A DNA stretch of 64,000 nucleotides from Candidatus Sulfotelmatobacter sp. (GTDB taxonomy: Bacteria > Acidobacteriota > Terriglobia > Terriglobales > Acidobacteriaceae), in NCBI GenBank assembly GCA_049517555.1, contig JBEKRY010000001.1, forward strand, positions 700 to 64,699, read 5' to 3'. The notes under the pieces are model-generated. The model saw only the letters and a list, made by a program, of their open reading frames with translations, did not search any database and was not told the origin of the DNA. Shown one piece after another: positions 18,657 through 27,651 of this stretch. How positions within the stretch are numbered: the first letter of the stretch is position 1; each line of letters starts with the position of its first letter. The position numbers and the translations under genes were made by a program.

Positions 18657-21600
18657 ATGTGCGTCAACTCGATGCGATGTTGCAGCCCTGCTTCCGCTCC
18701 GCGCGACAGGCGATCAGGCAGTTTTCAGCGTGCGATGTTGTCGCTTCTTCTCGGAAGCCTTGTGACGGTACTCTCGGGATGCCATTCCAGCCCCAAGCTG
18801 CCCGAGAAAGGATCGAAGGCCTATGCCGATGTGGTTTCAGCTTTCTATGTCGGGCTCGCTGCCCTCCAGGTTGGCGATGACGTTCACGCCGAGAGCAAGC
18901 TTTCGGAGCTGACCCAACTCGTACCCACGGAACCTGCCGGATGGGCGAACTGGGGCGTGCTCGCGTTGCGCCAGCGAAACTACGACCTAGCCGCGCAAAG
19001 GCTGGAGCGGGCCCGCGATCTCGCGCCGCAAAATGATCAGATTTACGATCTGCTGGGGATCCTTGAAGGCCAACGCGGCCATTCCGCGGAAGCGATTGCA
19101 GACTTACGGAAAGCCGTCGACCTCAATCCGAAGAATCTGCGCGCCGCCTATGCGCTTGCGGAAGAAATCGAACGCGAGGGGGACGCCAACAGCGAGGCTG
19201 AATTTCAGCAGGTGATCGAGAAGATTCTGGCGGCGCAGCCGGACAATCTCGCCGCGTTGCTCGAGTTGAGCCGCGTTGCCGCAAAGCGGGGCGATGCCGC
19301 CACACTCAAGTCAGCGGTAGCCGAGATCAGCGCCCGCTCCTCCGCATGGCCGCCCGAAGTGCAGCAGCAACTTGCAACCGTGCAGGCTGCGGCGGCTGGA
19401 ACGGATTTACGGGCAGCCGCCACGCGGACCACTTTTCTGCGCAACGTGCTCATGCGCGTTCCCGAGTACCGGCAGAGTCTCTCCGTCATCAAGGCGCCCG
19501 CTGGCGAAGAGGCGCGGCCCTTCACCCACTTTGTGCGAATGGAATCGCCTGTCTTTATGCCTGCCCCGGCAGACACCGCGATTCAATTCCCCGTTCAGCC
19601 AGTCGCGGATGACAACGATCATTGGAATGGGAGTCGAAGTTGGAATTGGATTGGAGCCATCCAACTGGGCAGCGCCGGCGTGCCCGTTATTGCCGTGGCC
19701 AATGGCCGCGAAGTGCATTTGTCTTTGCCCAGCGGCGCAACGCTTCCCTTTCCCGGTGGACCGTCTAACGTTCCGCCGTTGCCTGAGGGAGTTTTGCAGG
19801 TCGACTTCAACTACGATTTCAAAACCGATCTCGTGCTCGCGGGCGCGGGAGGAGTGCGTTTGTTCCGCCAGGACAGTCCGAGCGTGTTCACTGATGTAAC
19901 GACACAGACCAAGTTGCCCAAATCTGTGACCAACGCCCGCTATACGGGCGCGTGGGCAGTCGACATTGAAGCGGACGGTGATCTCGATATCGTTCTGGGC
20001 TCAAAGGATTCGCTTCCGACTGTATTGAGAAACAATGGAGACGGCACATTCTTAGCCATCCATCCTTTTGCCGGAATCACGGGCGCGGTCGGATTTGCCT
20101 GGGCTGACCTCGACGGTGACGGCAACCCCGATGCCGCCATCATTGACGGCGCGGGCCGGTTGCACGTCTTCATGAATGAGCGGCAAGGGCAGTTCCGTGA
20201 GCGTCCGCTCCCCGCAGGATTGCCGCTCGTGAAAGCAATTGCCGTCGCCGACGCGAACAATGATGGAGTTCTCGATCTCCTGGCGGTGCAGGCTGACGGA
20301 GCCATCATTCGGATTTCTGACAAGAACGAAGGAGAAAGCTGGGAGACCGCAGAGATCGCAAGAATCCCGGACCCTGCCAAAAATCTCGCGGGCGAGGTGC
20401 GACTCCACGTTGCTGACCTCGACAACAACGGAGCCCTCGATCTTTTTCTGGCTCCGACAAAGCAGGGGCCTGGTGCAGCCGGGGCTTTGATTTGGCTCGG
20501 CGATGACAAGGGCAAATTCGTGCCGCTGGACCATCCTGCAGGACCAGCTTTGGTGTTTGACGCCGGAGACTTGAAGGGCGACGGCAAGCTTGATCTGGTG
20601 GGGCTTAGCGCCGACGGAGCGCCCGTCCAAGGGATGAATCAGGGATCGAAGAATTATCACTGGCAGATCGTTCGGCCGCACGCGGTACAAGCCGTCGGCG
20701 ATCAGCGCATCAATCCATTCGGCATCGGCGGCGAAATTGAAATTCGCTCCGGCTTGCTGGTGCAGAAGCAGCCAATCACCGGACCGCAACTTCATTTCGG
20801 ATTAGGGGAACAGACCGAGGCGGAGATCGTGCAAGTAGTCTGGCCGAATGGAACGGTGCGCGCCGAGTTCGGCGTGAAAGCGGACACCGAGATCGTGACC
20901 GAGCAACGCCTGAAGGCTTCCTGTCCGTTCCTCTTCGCTTATAACGGAAAGCAGATGGAGTTCGTGAAAGACGCTGTTCCCTGGGGGTCGGCGATCGGCC
21001 TGCGTATCAATACTCTTGGTTCTGCGCAAATCGCGGCGACCGGAGAATGGTACAAGATTGGCCGCGACCAACTCGTGCCGCACGACGGCTACTACGACCT
21101 GCGCATCACGGCGGAGTTGTGGGAGGTTTATTACTACGATTATCTGGCGCTGATGGCCGTCGACCATCCGGTGGGCACGGAGATTTTTGTCGATGAACGT
21201 TTCGTAATTCCTCCGCTGAAGCTTGGCCTCACGACCGTGGCTACGCCGCACGAAATTGCGCGGGCCATCGACGACACGGGCCAGGACGTTACTGACATCG
21301 TCCGTACGCTCGACGGAAAAGCCCTTGCCAGCTTCGGGCGCGGCCAGTATCAGGGCATCACGCGCGATCATTACCTTGAAGTTGACCTCGGCGGCGACGC
21401 GCCGAGAAGCGGCCCCCTCTATCTAATCGCACAGGGATCGATTCACGACACCGAGTCGTCGGTGAACGTCGCCATCACCCAAGGCAGCCGCTGGCGGGCT
21501 CACGGGTTGAGCCTGGAAGTTCCGGATGGCCACGGTGGCTGGGTCACGGCGCAGGACAATCTGGGCTTTCCGGCGGGGCGGAAGAAAACAATTCTTTTCA

Positions 21601-22235
21601 ACCTGACCAACGTCTTTCGGCCTGGCACTCCGCGCCGCGTGCGAATCCGAACCAATCTGGAAATTTACTGGGATGCCATTCATTGGGCGCAGGGCGCGCC
21701 AGACACGCAACTGAAGACGGTGACTCTGAATCCCAGCCTGGCCGATCTGCATTATCGCGGATATTCCGTCATGCACATGCCGGGGGCTGCACGAGCGCCC
21801 GAGGTGCCCGACTACAGCCAGATCGAAGGGACCAAGCAGCGCTGGCGCGATCTGATCGGCTACTACACCCGCTATGGCGACGTGCGCGAACTTGTCGACC
21901 ACATCGACGATCGTTACGTGATTGTGAATTCAGGAGATGAACTCTCTCTGCGTTTCCCGGAGCAACCGCCTCCGCCGGCGGGCTGGGTGCGCGACTTCGT
22001 GATTGTCGGTGACGGCTGGATCAAAGACGGCGACTACAACTCCACGTTCTCGAAGACCGTGCTCCCTCTTCCGTATCACGCCAAGAATGAGTACACCACG
22101 CGGCCCGGTCGCCTCGAAGACGAATGGGTTTACCAGCAGCATCCCGACGACTGGAAAAACTATCACACGCGTTATGTCACTCCTGATGTCTTCAAGAACG
22201 CGCTAAGGGATGCAAGGGGTGAAACCGGCAAATGA
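18657..22235 (+). CDS. Lipoprotein with N-terminal TPR repeats, FG-GAP/VCBS repeats, an ASPIC/UnbV domain and a ~470-aa uncharacterised C-terminal region
   Basis: The track ORF starts at 18456 and overlaps the upstream gene. I place the start at the ATG at 18657 (GGAGG 9 nt upstream), giving ...RAMLSLLLGSLVTVLSGC (lipobox). FG-GAP-like segments include DIEADGDLDIVLG...NNGDGTF and ADLDGDGNPDAAII. The ASPIC/UnbV-like segment is NPFGIGGEIEIRSG...LHFGLGEQTEAEIVQVVWPNGT. Confidence 0.75.
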   Translation: MCVNSMRCCSPASAPRDRRSGSFQRAMLSLLLGSLVTVLSGCHSSPKLPEKGSKAYADVVSAFYVGLAALQVGDDVHAESKLSELTQLVPTEPAGWANWGVLALRQRNYDLAAQRLERARDLAPQNDQIYDLLGILEGQRGHSAEAIADLRKAVDLNPKNLRAAYALAEEIEREGDANSEAEFQQVIEKILAAQPDNLAALLELSRVAAKRGDAATLKSAVAEISARSSAWPPEVQQQLATVQAAAAGTDLRAAATRTTFLRNVLMRVPEYRQSLSVIKAPAGEEARPFTHFVRMESPVFMPAPADTAIQFPVQPVADDNDHWNGSRSWNWIGAIQLGSAGVPVIAVANGREVHLSLPSGATLPFPGGPSNVPPLPEGVLQVDFNYDFKTDLVLAGAGGVRLFRQDSPSVFTDVTTQTKLPKSVTNARYTGAWAVDIEADGDLDIVLGSKDSLPTVLRNNGDGTFLAIHPFAGITGAVGFAWADLDGDGNPDAAIIDGAGRLHVFMNERQGQFRERPLPAGLPLVKAIAVADANNDGVLDLLAVQADGAIIRISDKNEGESWETAEIARIPDPAKNLAGEVRLHVADLDNNGALDLFLAPTKQGPGAAGALIWLGDDKGKFVPLDHPAGPALVFDAGDLKGDGKLDLVGLSADGAPVQGMNQGSKNYHWQIVRPHAVQAVGDQRINPFGIGGEIEIRSGLLVQKQPITGPQLHFGLGEQTEAEIVQVVWPNGTVRAEFGVKADTEIVTEQRLKASCPFLFAYNGKQMEFVKDAVPWGSAIGLRINTLGSAQIAATGEWYKIGRDQLVPHDGYYDLRITAELWEVYYYDYLALMAVDHPVGTEIFVDERFVIPPLKLGLTTVATPHEIARAIDDTGQDVTDIVRTLDGKALASFGRGQYQGITRDHYLEVDLGGDAPRSGPLYLIAQGSIHDTESSVNVAITQGSRWRAHGLSLEVPDGHGGWVTAQDNLGFPAGRKKTILFNLTNVFRPGTPRRVRIRTNLEIYWDAIHWAQGAPDTQLKTVTLNPSLADLHYRGYSVMHMPGAARAPEVPDYSQIEGTKQRWRDLIGYYTRYGDVRELVDHIDDRYVIVNSGDELSLRFPEQPPPPAGWVRDFVIVGDGWIKDGDYNSTFSKTVLPLPYHAKNEYTTRPGRLEDEWVYQQHPDDWKNYHTRYVTPDVFKNALRDARGETGK

Positions 22236-24043
22236 CTGCCAACCGCATCGCGAGGGCCATTGTCGTTCTCTTCTTTATAGGGCTATTGGCTACTCCTTTT
22301 GTTATTAAGCGGATGACGGCGAGGCGGGAAGCCGACCGATCGAAGTTCGACGCAAAGACTGCATTGGCACGCCACGGGTTTTATCTCGAAGAGGTCTCTC
22401 AAGCGGCCGGCATCAATTTTGTCCATCAATCTCCGAAGCTTGATCCGAAATTAGATCCCATCATGCCCGAGGTTGCTTCGATGGGAGCGTCGGTGTCGAT
22501 CGTCGATTTCGATCGTGACGGCTGGCCCGACATCTACGTTACGAACAGCGCGATCGGGAGCAAGAATGCTCTCTATCGCAACCTGCATGACGGAACTTTC
22601 AAAGACGTGGCCGGTGAACTGGGCATTGCCGACGTGAACCAGCCCGGCACTGGCGTTTCGACCGGCGCGGTTTGGGGAGACTACGACAATGATGGGTATG
22701 AGGATTTGTTCCTGATCAAGTGGGGACGACCGGAACTGTTTCACAATGATCAGGGCCATGGCTTCACCCGCGTGACCGAGCAAGCTGGATTGCCGCCCTG
22801 GATCAACGCCAACACGGCCATCTGGTTCGATTACGACGGCGACGGACTTCTGGACCTTTTTGTTGGGGGCTACTATTCGGAGGACATTGATCTGTGGCAT
22901 CTGACCACGACGCGCATCATGCCCGAGAGCTTTGAATATGCCAAGAACGGCGGGCGAAAGTATTTGTTTCATAATCTCGGCAGCGGGAAATTCGAAGAAG
23001 TCAGCGCGAAAGTTGGCATTAACAGCCGACGTTGGGCCCTGGCGGCTGCCGCGGCGGATCTGCGTGGCACGGGCCATCCTGATCTGTTTGTTGCGAATGA
23101 TTATGGAGTGTCGGAGCTTTACTTCAATGACGGCAAACGGTTTCATGAGGTCGGCGAACAGACGGGCGTCGGCTTTGCCCCCAAAAGCGGCATGAATGCT
23201 GCGTTTGGCGACATCCTCAATCAAGGCAGATACTCGGTTTACGTTTCCAATATTTCGGAGGACGGCATTCTTATTCAGGGGAATAACTTGTGGGTGCCGA
23301 AGGAAGGCACTGCGGGTAACGCCGTTAAGTATCAGAATCTGGCGCGCGACTTTGGGGTGGAACTTGGAGGATGGAGTTTCGGCGCGCAGTTTGGCGATTT
23401 GAATAACGATGGAACGCTCGACCTGTATTTAACCAATGGTTACATCTCTCTCGACCGCAAGCGAAGTTACTGGTATGACTTCTCGAAAGTTGCCGGCGGG
23501 AACAGTACCATTATTGGCGATGCCAAGAATTGGCCGGCATTTGAGGGACGCAGTTTGTCGGGCTACCAAACGAAGAGAGTCTGGCTCAACGATGGCGCCG
23601 GCAGATTCGTCGATGTTGCCCAGGCCATTGGCGCTACCGATACTTATGACGGACGTTCCGTAGCGCTCGTCGATTTATGGAATCGCGGTGTGCTCGACGT
23701 GGTTGTCGCCAACCAGAATGGACCATTGCTGCTTTACAAAAATACGGTCGCGCTAGAGAACCAGTGGATCGAATTCGAACTGGAAGGAACCAGCTCAGAT
23801 CACGGCGGCAGCAACCGCAGCGCGATCGGCGCCCAGGTGACGCTGTTTTGGAATGGCCAGCAGCAGGTGCAAGAAGTTTCCGGTGGCAGCGGTTTCGCCG
23901 CGCAGAATGATCGGCGGTTGCATTTCGGTCTGGGCAGGAATGCGCAGATTGAGAAGGCGATCATTCGATGGCCATCAGGTAAGGTTCAAACTCTCGACCA
24001 ACCCGTTGCCAATCAATTACACAAGGTGAAGGAGCCCGCATGA
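22232..24043 (+). CDS. CRTAC1-family protein (FG-GAP/VCBS repeats + ASPIC/UnbV domain) with an N-terminal signal anchor
   Basis: 603-aa ORF whose start overlaps the upstream stop (ATGA). Supporting sequence: AIVVLFFIGLLATPFVI; VDFDRDGWPDIYVTN...YRNLHDGTFKDV; WGDYDNDGYEDLF; and the C-terminal segment AIGAQVTLFWNGQQQVQEVSGGSGFAAQNDRRLHFGLG...IRWPSG. Confidence 0.85.
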   Translation: MTANRIARAIVVLFFIGLLATPFVIKRMTARREADRSKFDAKTALARHGFYLEEVSQAAGINFVHQSPKLDPKLDPIMPEVASMGASVSIVDFDRDGWPDIYVTNSAIGSKNALYRNLHDGTFKDVAGELGIADVNQPGTGVSTGAVWGDYDNDGYEDLFLIKWGRPELFHNDQGHGFTRVTEQAGLPPWINANTAIWFDYDGDGLLDLFVGGYYSEDIDLWHLTTTRIMPESFEYAKNGGRKYLFHNLGSGKFEEVSAKVGINSRRWALAAAAADLRGTGHPDLFVANDYGVSELYFNDGKRFHEVGEQTGVGFAPKSGMNAAFGDILNQGRYSVYVSNISEDGILIQGNNLWVPKEGTAGNAVKYQNLARDFGVELGGWSFGAQFGDLNNDGTLDLYLTNGYISLDRKRSYWYDFSKVAGGNSTIIGDAKNWPAFEGRSLSGYQTKRVWLNDGAGRFVDVAQAIGATDTYDGRSVALVDLWNRGVLDVVVANQNGPLLLYKNTVALENQWIEFELEGTSSDHGGSNRSAIGAQVTLFWNGQQQVQEVSGGSGFAAQNDRRLHFGLGRNAQIEKAIIRWPSGKVQTLDQPVANQLHKVKEPA

Positions 24044-24918
24044 GCCAGCAGACGAGCGCGCCAGCATTTCCTCCGCAATCGCCAGCCGGGTCCCCTCAAG
24101 CGCCAACTCAGAAGACGCCTTGGTTCAGCCTCGACAACCGTTACATCGCGCCCGCTTTTATTACCTGCATTCTGCTGGCTGGTCATTTGTCGTTCGGCAT
24201 TCTCGAGAGCTATCAGAAGACGCTGCTTGCGATCGTTACAAGTATTGGACTCGAACTCGTGCTCGGGCGGATTTTCTTTCACAAATGGGTACACCCCGCC
24301 AGCGCTTACATCTCGGGGATCAGTGTCGGCATTCTGGTGCGGTCGCCGGCCTTCTGGCCGTACGCGCTGTGTAGCGCGATTTCTATCACGTCCAAGTATG
24401 TGTTGCGGGTGAAGGGCCGTCACATCTGGAATCCGTCTAACTTCGGCATTTCGGTGATGCTGTTTCTGGCTGCGGAGACCGTGGCCACGTTAAGCATCCA
24501 GTGGGGCAATTACCTTTTGCCCATGCTCGTGATCTGGGCGCTGGGATCAGTGATTATCTGGCGACTGCGGCGGTTTCACATCACGGGCATTTATGTCGCG
24601 TCGTTCATTGCCTTCGCATTCGTTCGCAGCTGGATGACCGGAAGCCCCTGGCAATCGGAGATTGCGCCGATTACCGGTCCCATGTACCAGCTCTTCATTT
24701 TCTTCATGATTACCGATCCGAAAACCACAGTGCGGTCCAAGCGAGGGCAGTGTCTGGTCGTGTTTCTAGTAGCTGTGGTGGAAATGATTCTGCGGTTAGA
24801 CCAGATCGTTTACGCACCTTTTTATGCGCTATTCGTGGTGGGTCCAACGGCCATGCTGATCGAGATCTGGCTGGATTCCCGCCACGCAAACGCTGCAAAA
24901 CTGACGGTGGCTCGGTGA
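24040..24918 (+). CDS. Stand-alone RnfD/NqrB-like polytopic membrane protein
   Basis: 292-aa ORF with an ATGA overlap with the upstream gene. It carries family-type motifs HIWNPSNFG and FFMITDPKTT (compare FNPA and FFMATDPVT in RnfD/NqrB). I see no SGAT-type flavinylation motif. Confidence 0.6.
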   Translation: MSQQTSAPAFPPQSPAGSPQAPTQKTPWFSLDNRYIAPAFITCILLAGHLSFGILESYQKTLLAIVTSIGLELVLGRIFFHKWVHPASAYISGISVGILVRSPAFWPYALCSAISITSKYVLRVKGRHIWNPSNFGISVMLFLAAETVATLSIQWGNYLLPMLVIWALGSVIIWRLRRFHITGIYVASFIAFAFVRSWMTGSPWQSEIAPITGPMYQLFIFFMITDPKTTVRSKRGQCLVVFLVAVVEMILRLDQIVYAPFYALFVVGPTAMLIEIWLDSRHANAAKLTVAR

Positions 24919-26798
24919 CGGCTGGTAAACGGGCTCCGCGATCTCAAAGGCCACTGCGCCGTGTCGTTTATTCCCTGCTGCTGGTTGCTCTGTTTATGTT
25001 GACGAGTTGCAAGCCAAAGGCATCGAGCGAGCCAAAAGCTGTTCCGGTGACTCCGGCGCAGATTCCCACGCCAGTAGCGTCTCAAGCCCAATCCGCTGCA
25101 CCCGACTCGCCCGCGAAACTTCCTCGCCCCTCCGGTCCCATTGAGTTCACGGATGTCACTGCCCAGGCAGGCATTCATTTCAAACACAACAGCGGCGCGT
25201 TCGGCAAGAAGTATCTTCCGGAGACCATGGGCAGCGGCGTTTGTTTCTTGGATTACGACAATGACGGATGGCAGGACATTCTGCTGGTCAATTCCATGGA
25301 CTGGCCGGGGCATAAATCTGGCAATTCGTTTCCCGCGCTTTATCACAACAATCGAGACGGAACGTTCACCGATGTGACGCGGCAGGCTGGTCTCGCGGTG
25401 GAGATGTATGGGCTCGGTTGCGCCATCGGCGACTATGACAACGACGGCTATGTCGACATTTACATCACCACCGTTGGGTCCAACCATCTTTTCCACAATC
25501 TGGGCAATGGCAAGTTTGCCGACGTTACCGCTAAAGCTGGAGTAGCCGATCCGGGATTCTCCGCGAGCGCGGTGTGGTTTGATTATGACAACGACGGGAA
25601 GCTGGATCTTTTCGTCGCCCACTACATCGACTGGTCCATTGAGACCGATCAATACTGTTCACTCGACAACAAGAACAAGTCGTACTGCACTCCGCAGAGG
25701 TATAAGGGCCAAAGCTCCGCGCTCTTCCACAACAAGGGCGATGGAACGTTTGAGAACGTCACGCGACGCGCCGGACTCTACGATCCCACGAGCAAATCGC
25801 TTGGGGTCGCTTTATTGGACTACGACAACGATGGCTGGCTCGATCTTTTTGTTTCCAACGATACGGAACCAAACAAGCTCTACCGCAACAATCACAACGG
25901 AACCTTCACGGATGTAGCGGTCGCGGCCGGCGTGGCTTACAGCGAAGCAGGCACGGTGCGCGCTGGGATGGGTACGGACGCGGCCGACTACGACAACTCG
26001 GGATGGCAGAGCCTGGTGATCGGCAACTTCACCAACGAGGGGATGGCGCTTTACCACAACGATGGCTCGGGGCTATTCACGGATGAAGCGCCGGCGACGG
26101 GCATTAGCAGGATATCGACCAAGTCGCTGACGTTTGGCACGTTCTTTTTTGACTACGATCTTGATGGTCTGCCCGATATTCTCGCGGTCAACGGCCACGT
26201 CTCCGACGACATCAGCGTGGTGCAGCCACAAGTTAAGTATGCCCAACCGCCGCATTTGTTCCGCAACTTAGGCAAGAACAAGTTCGAGGAGGTAACCACA
26301 AGACTGGGCTCCGCGCTGCAACGTCCGATCGTGGGCCGCGGCGCGGCCTACGCAGATTTCGACAACGACGGTGATCTGGATTTACTGATCACTGCCAACA
26401 ACGGACCAGCGCGGTTGCTGCGCAACGACAACGGCAACCAGTACGACATGCTGCGGGTGAAGACCGTGGGCACACGATCGAACCGCGATGGCATCGGCGC
26501 GAAGGTCACGGTCAAGACAAACGCGGGAACACGCCTGTTCGCCATGGTGAAAACAGGTTCAAGCTATTTATCCCAAAGCGAACTGCCGCTCACCTTCGGC
26601 TTGGGCAAACCGGGAGCAGGCAAGACGGTGAGACTGGAGGTCGTCTGGCCCAGCGGCCAGAAAGATATGATCCCAAACATCATGCCGAATCAGTTCATCA
26701 CGGTGAAAGAAGGCAAAGGTATTGTTTCGACACAGCCCATCGTGTTTTCCAAGACCGGCCCCCCGCAGTCGTCGGCGCCCGCCTCTTCGCAAAAGTGA
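24915..26798 (+). CDS. CRTAC1-family lipoprotein (FG-GAP/VCBS repeats + ASPIC/UnbV domain)
   Basis: The track ORF starts at 24501, inside the upstream gene. An in-frame GTG at 24915 overlaps the upstream TGA (GTGA) and gives VTAGKRAPRSQRPLRRVVYSLLLVALFMLTSC (lipobox). Supporting sequence: LDYDNDGWQDILLVN; GDYDNDGYVDIYI; and the C-terminal segment GIGAKVTVKTNAG...GSSYLSQSELPLTFGLG...VVWPSG. Confidence 0.8.
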   Translation: MTAGKRAPRSQRPLRRVVYSLLLVALFMLTSCKPKASSEPKAVPVTPAQIPTPVASQAQSAAPDSPAKLPRPSGPIEFTDVTAQAGIHFKHNSGAFGKKYLPETMGSGVCFLDYDNDGWQDILLVNSMDWPGHKSGNSFPALYHNNRDGTFTDVTRQAGLAVEMYGLGCAIGDYDNDGYVDIYITTVGSNHLFHNLGNGKFADVTAKAGVADPGFSASAVWFDYDNDGKLDLFVAHYIDWSIETDQYCSLDNKNKSYCTPQRYKGQSSALFHNKGDGTFENVTRRAGLYDPTSKSLGVALLDYDNDGWLDLFVSNDTEPNKLYRNNHNGTFTDVAVAAGVAYSEAGTVRAGMGTDAADYDNSGWQSLVIGNFTNEGMALYHNDGSGLFTDEAPATGISRISTKSLTFGTFFFDYDLDGLPDILAVNGHVSDDISVVQPQVKYAQPPHLFRNLGKNKFEEVTTRLGSALQRPIVGRGAAYADFDNDGDLDLLITANNGPARLLRNDNGNQYDMLRVKTVGTRSNRDGIGAKVTVKTNAGTRLFAMVKTGSSYLSQSELPLTFGLGKPGAGKTVRLEVVWPSGQKDMIPNIMPNQFITVKEGKGIVSTQPIVFSKTGPPQSSAPASSQK

Positions 26799-26984
26799 CG
26801 AGCCAACTCTTGCAACCGATTACCAATTGCGGTCTCTAGCATTTTTATACTATTGCCCCTTAGACCCTGCGCCATTAACGTCTCTAAGCGAAATTGTGAG
26901 CGTCGTTCTTGAAGCGGGAAACTTTTGGGTTTGCAAAACCTCGGATCTTGTAAAACAGGGTTCCACGTCGCCGGAGTTGGGGGA

Positions 26985-27623
26985 ATGAGAGTGCTGAAAG
27001 GCTGCTCCGAAAAAATTTCCCTGCCAGTAAAGCGCGTTGCACTCGAAGGCGTTGCCGCCCAGCCGGGAGCATCGGCCTTTCAGCTCGCCAGTCTCCTCGA
27101 ACAGTTTCATCGTGTAACAAACGACGCAAACAAGTTGGTTCTCGGCCGCGCGGCGGGCGATCTGACCAGCAGGTTGCATTCGGGTTCGTGGTCGGCGACG
27201 GAATGCCTGGACCATCTCACAAGGACGACGCTCTCATTTCTGCCGGCCATCTCACGGGCGATTGCGACCGCTCCCGAGCTCGCCACGAATCGCTCGCTCC
27301 GTACCGGAACGATCGCCTTACTCTTGATTCGTAATCTGGAACCTCCGTATCGTCTCCGCTACAAAGTTATCCCCGAACTCGTGCCGCAGAAAACGGGTTT
27401 TGAGGCTGCATGGTCGAACTTTGAGAGGTCACAATCGCAGGTCTCCGAAGGCGTCCAGGCGGCGGTCGGTTTCGCCATCGACAAGGTGCAGGTGCGGTGT
27501 CCGGTGTATGCGCGAATAAGCTACAACGTCTATGGGGCTTTTCGCATGCTGGCCGCTCATCAACGCCGCCATCTCTGGCAGATGCAGCAGATTCTTACAG
27601 CGCTCGACCGAAAACGGTCTTGA
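26985..27623 (+). CDS. DinB-family (DinB_2-like) protein
   Basis: ORF-track frame is 26925..27623; the ATG at 26985 follows GGGGGA. SWSATECLDHLTRT and the C-terminal AAHQRRHLWQMQQI are typical His-containing DinB helices. Confidence 0.6.
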   Translation: MRVLKGCSEKISLPVKRVALEGVAAQPGASAFQLASLLEQFHRVTNDANKLVLGRAAGDLTSRLHSGSWSATECLDHLTRTTLSFLPAISRAIATAPELATNRSLRTGTIALLLIRNLEPPYRLRYKVIPELVPQKTGFEAAWSNFERSQSQVSEGVQAAVGFAIDKVQVRCPVYARISYNVYGAFRMLAAHQRRHLWQMQQILTALDRKRS

Positions 27624-27651
27624 AAGGCGCACTTTACGGGCCGCACCAGTC

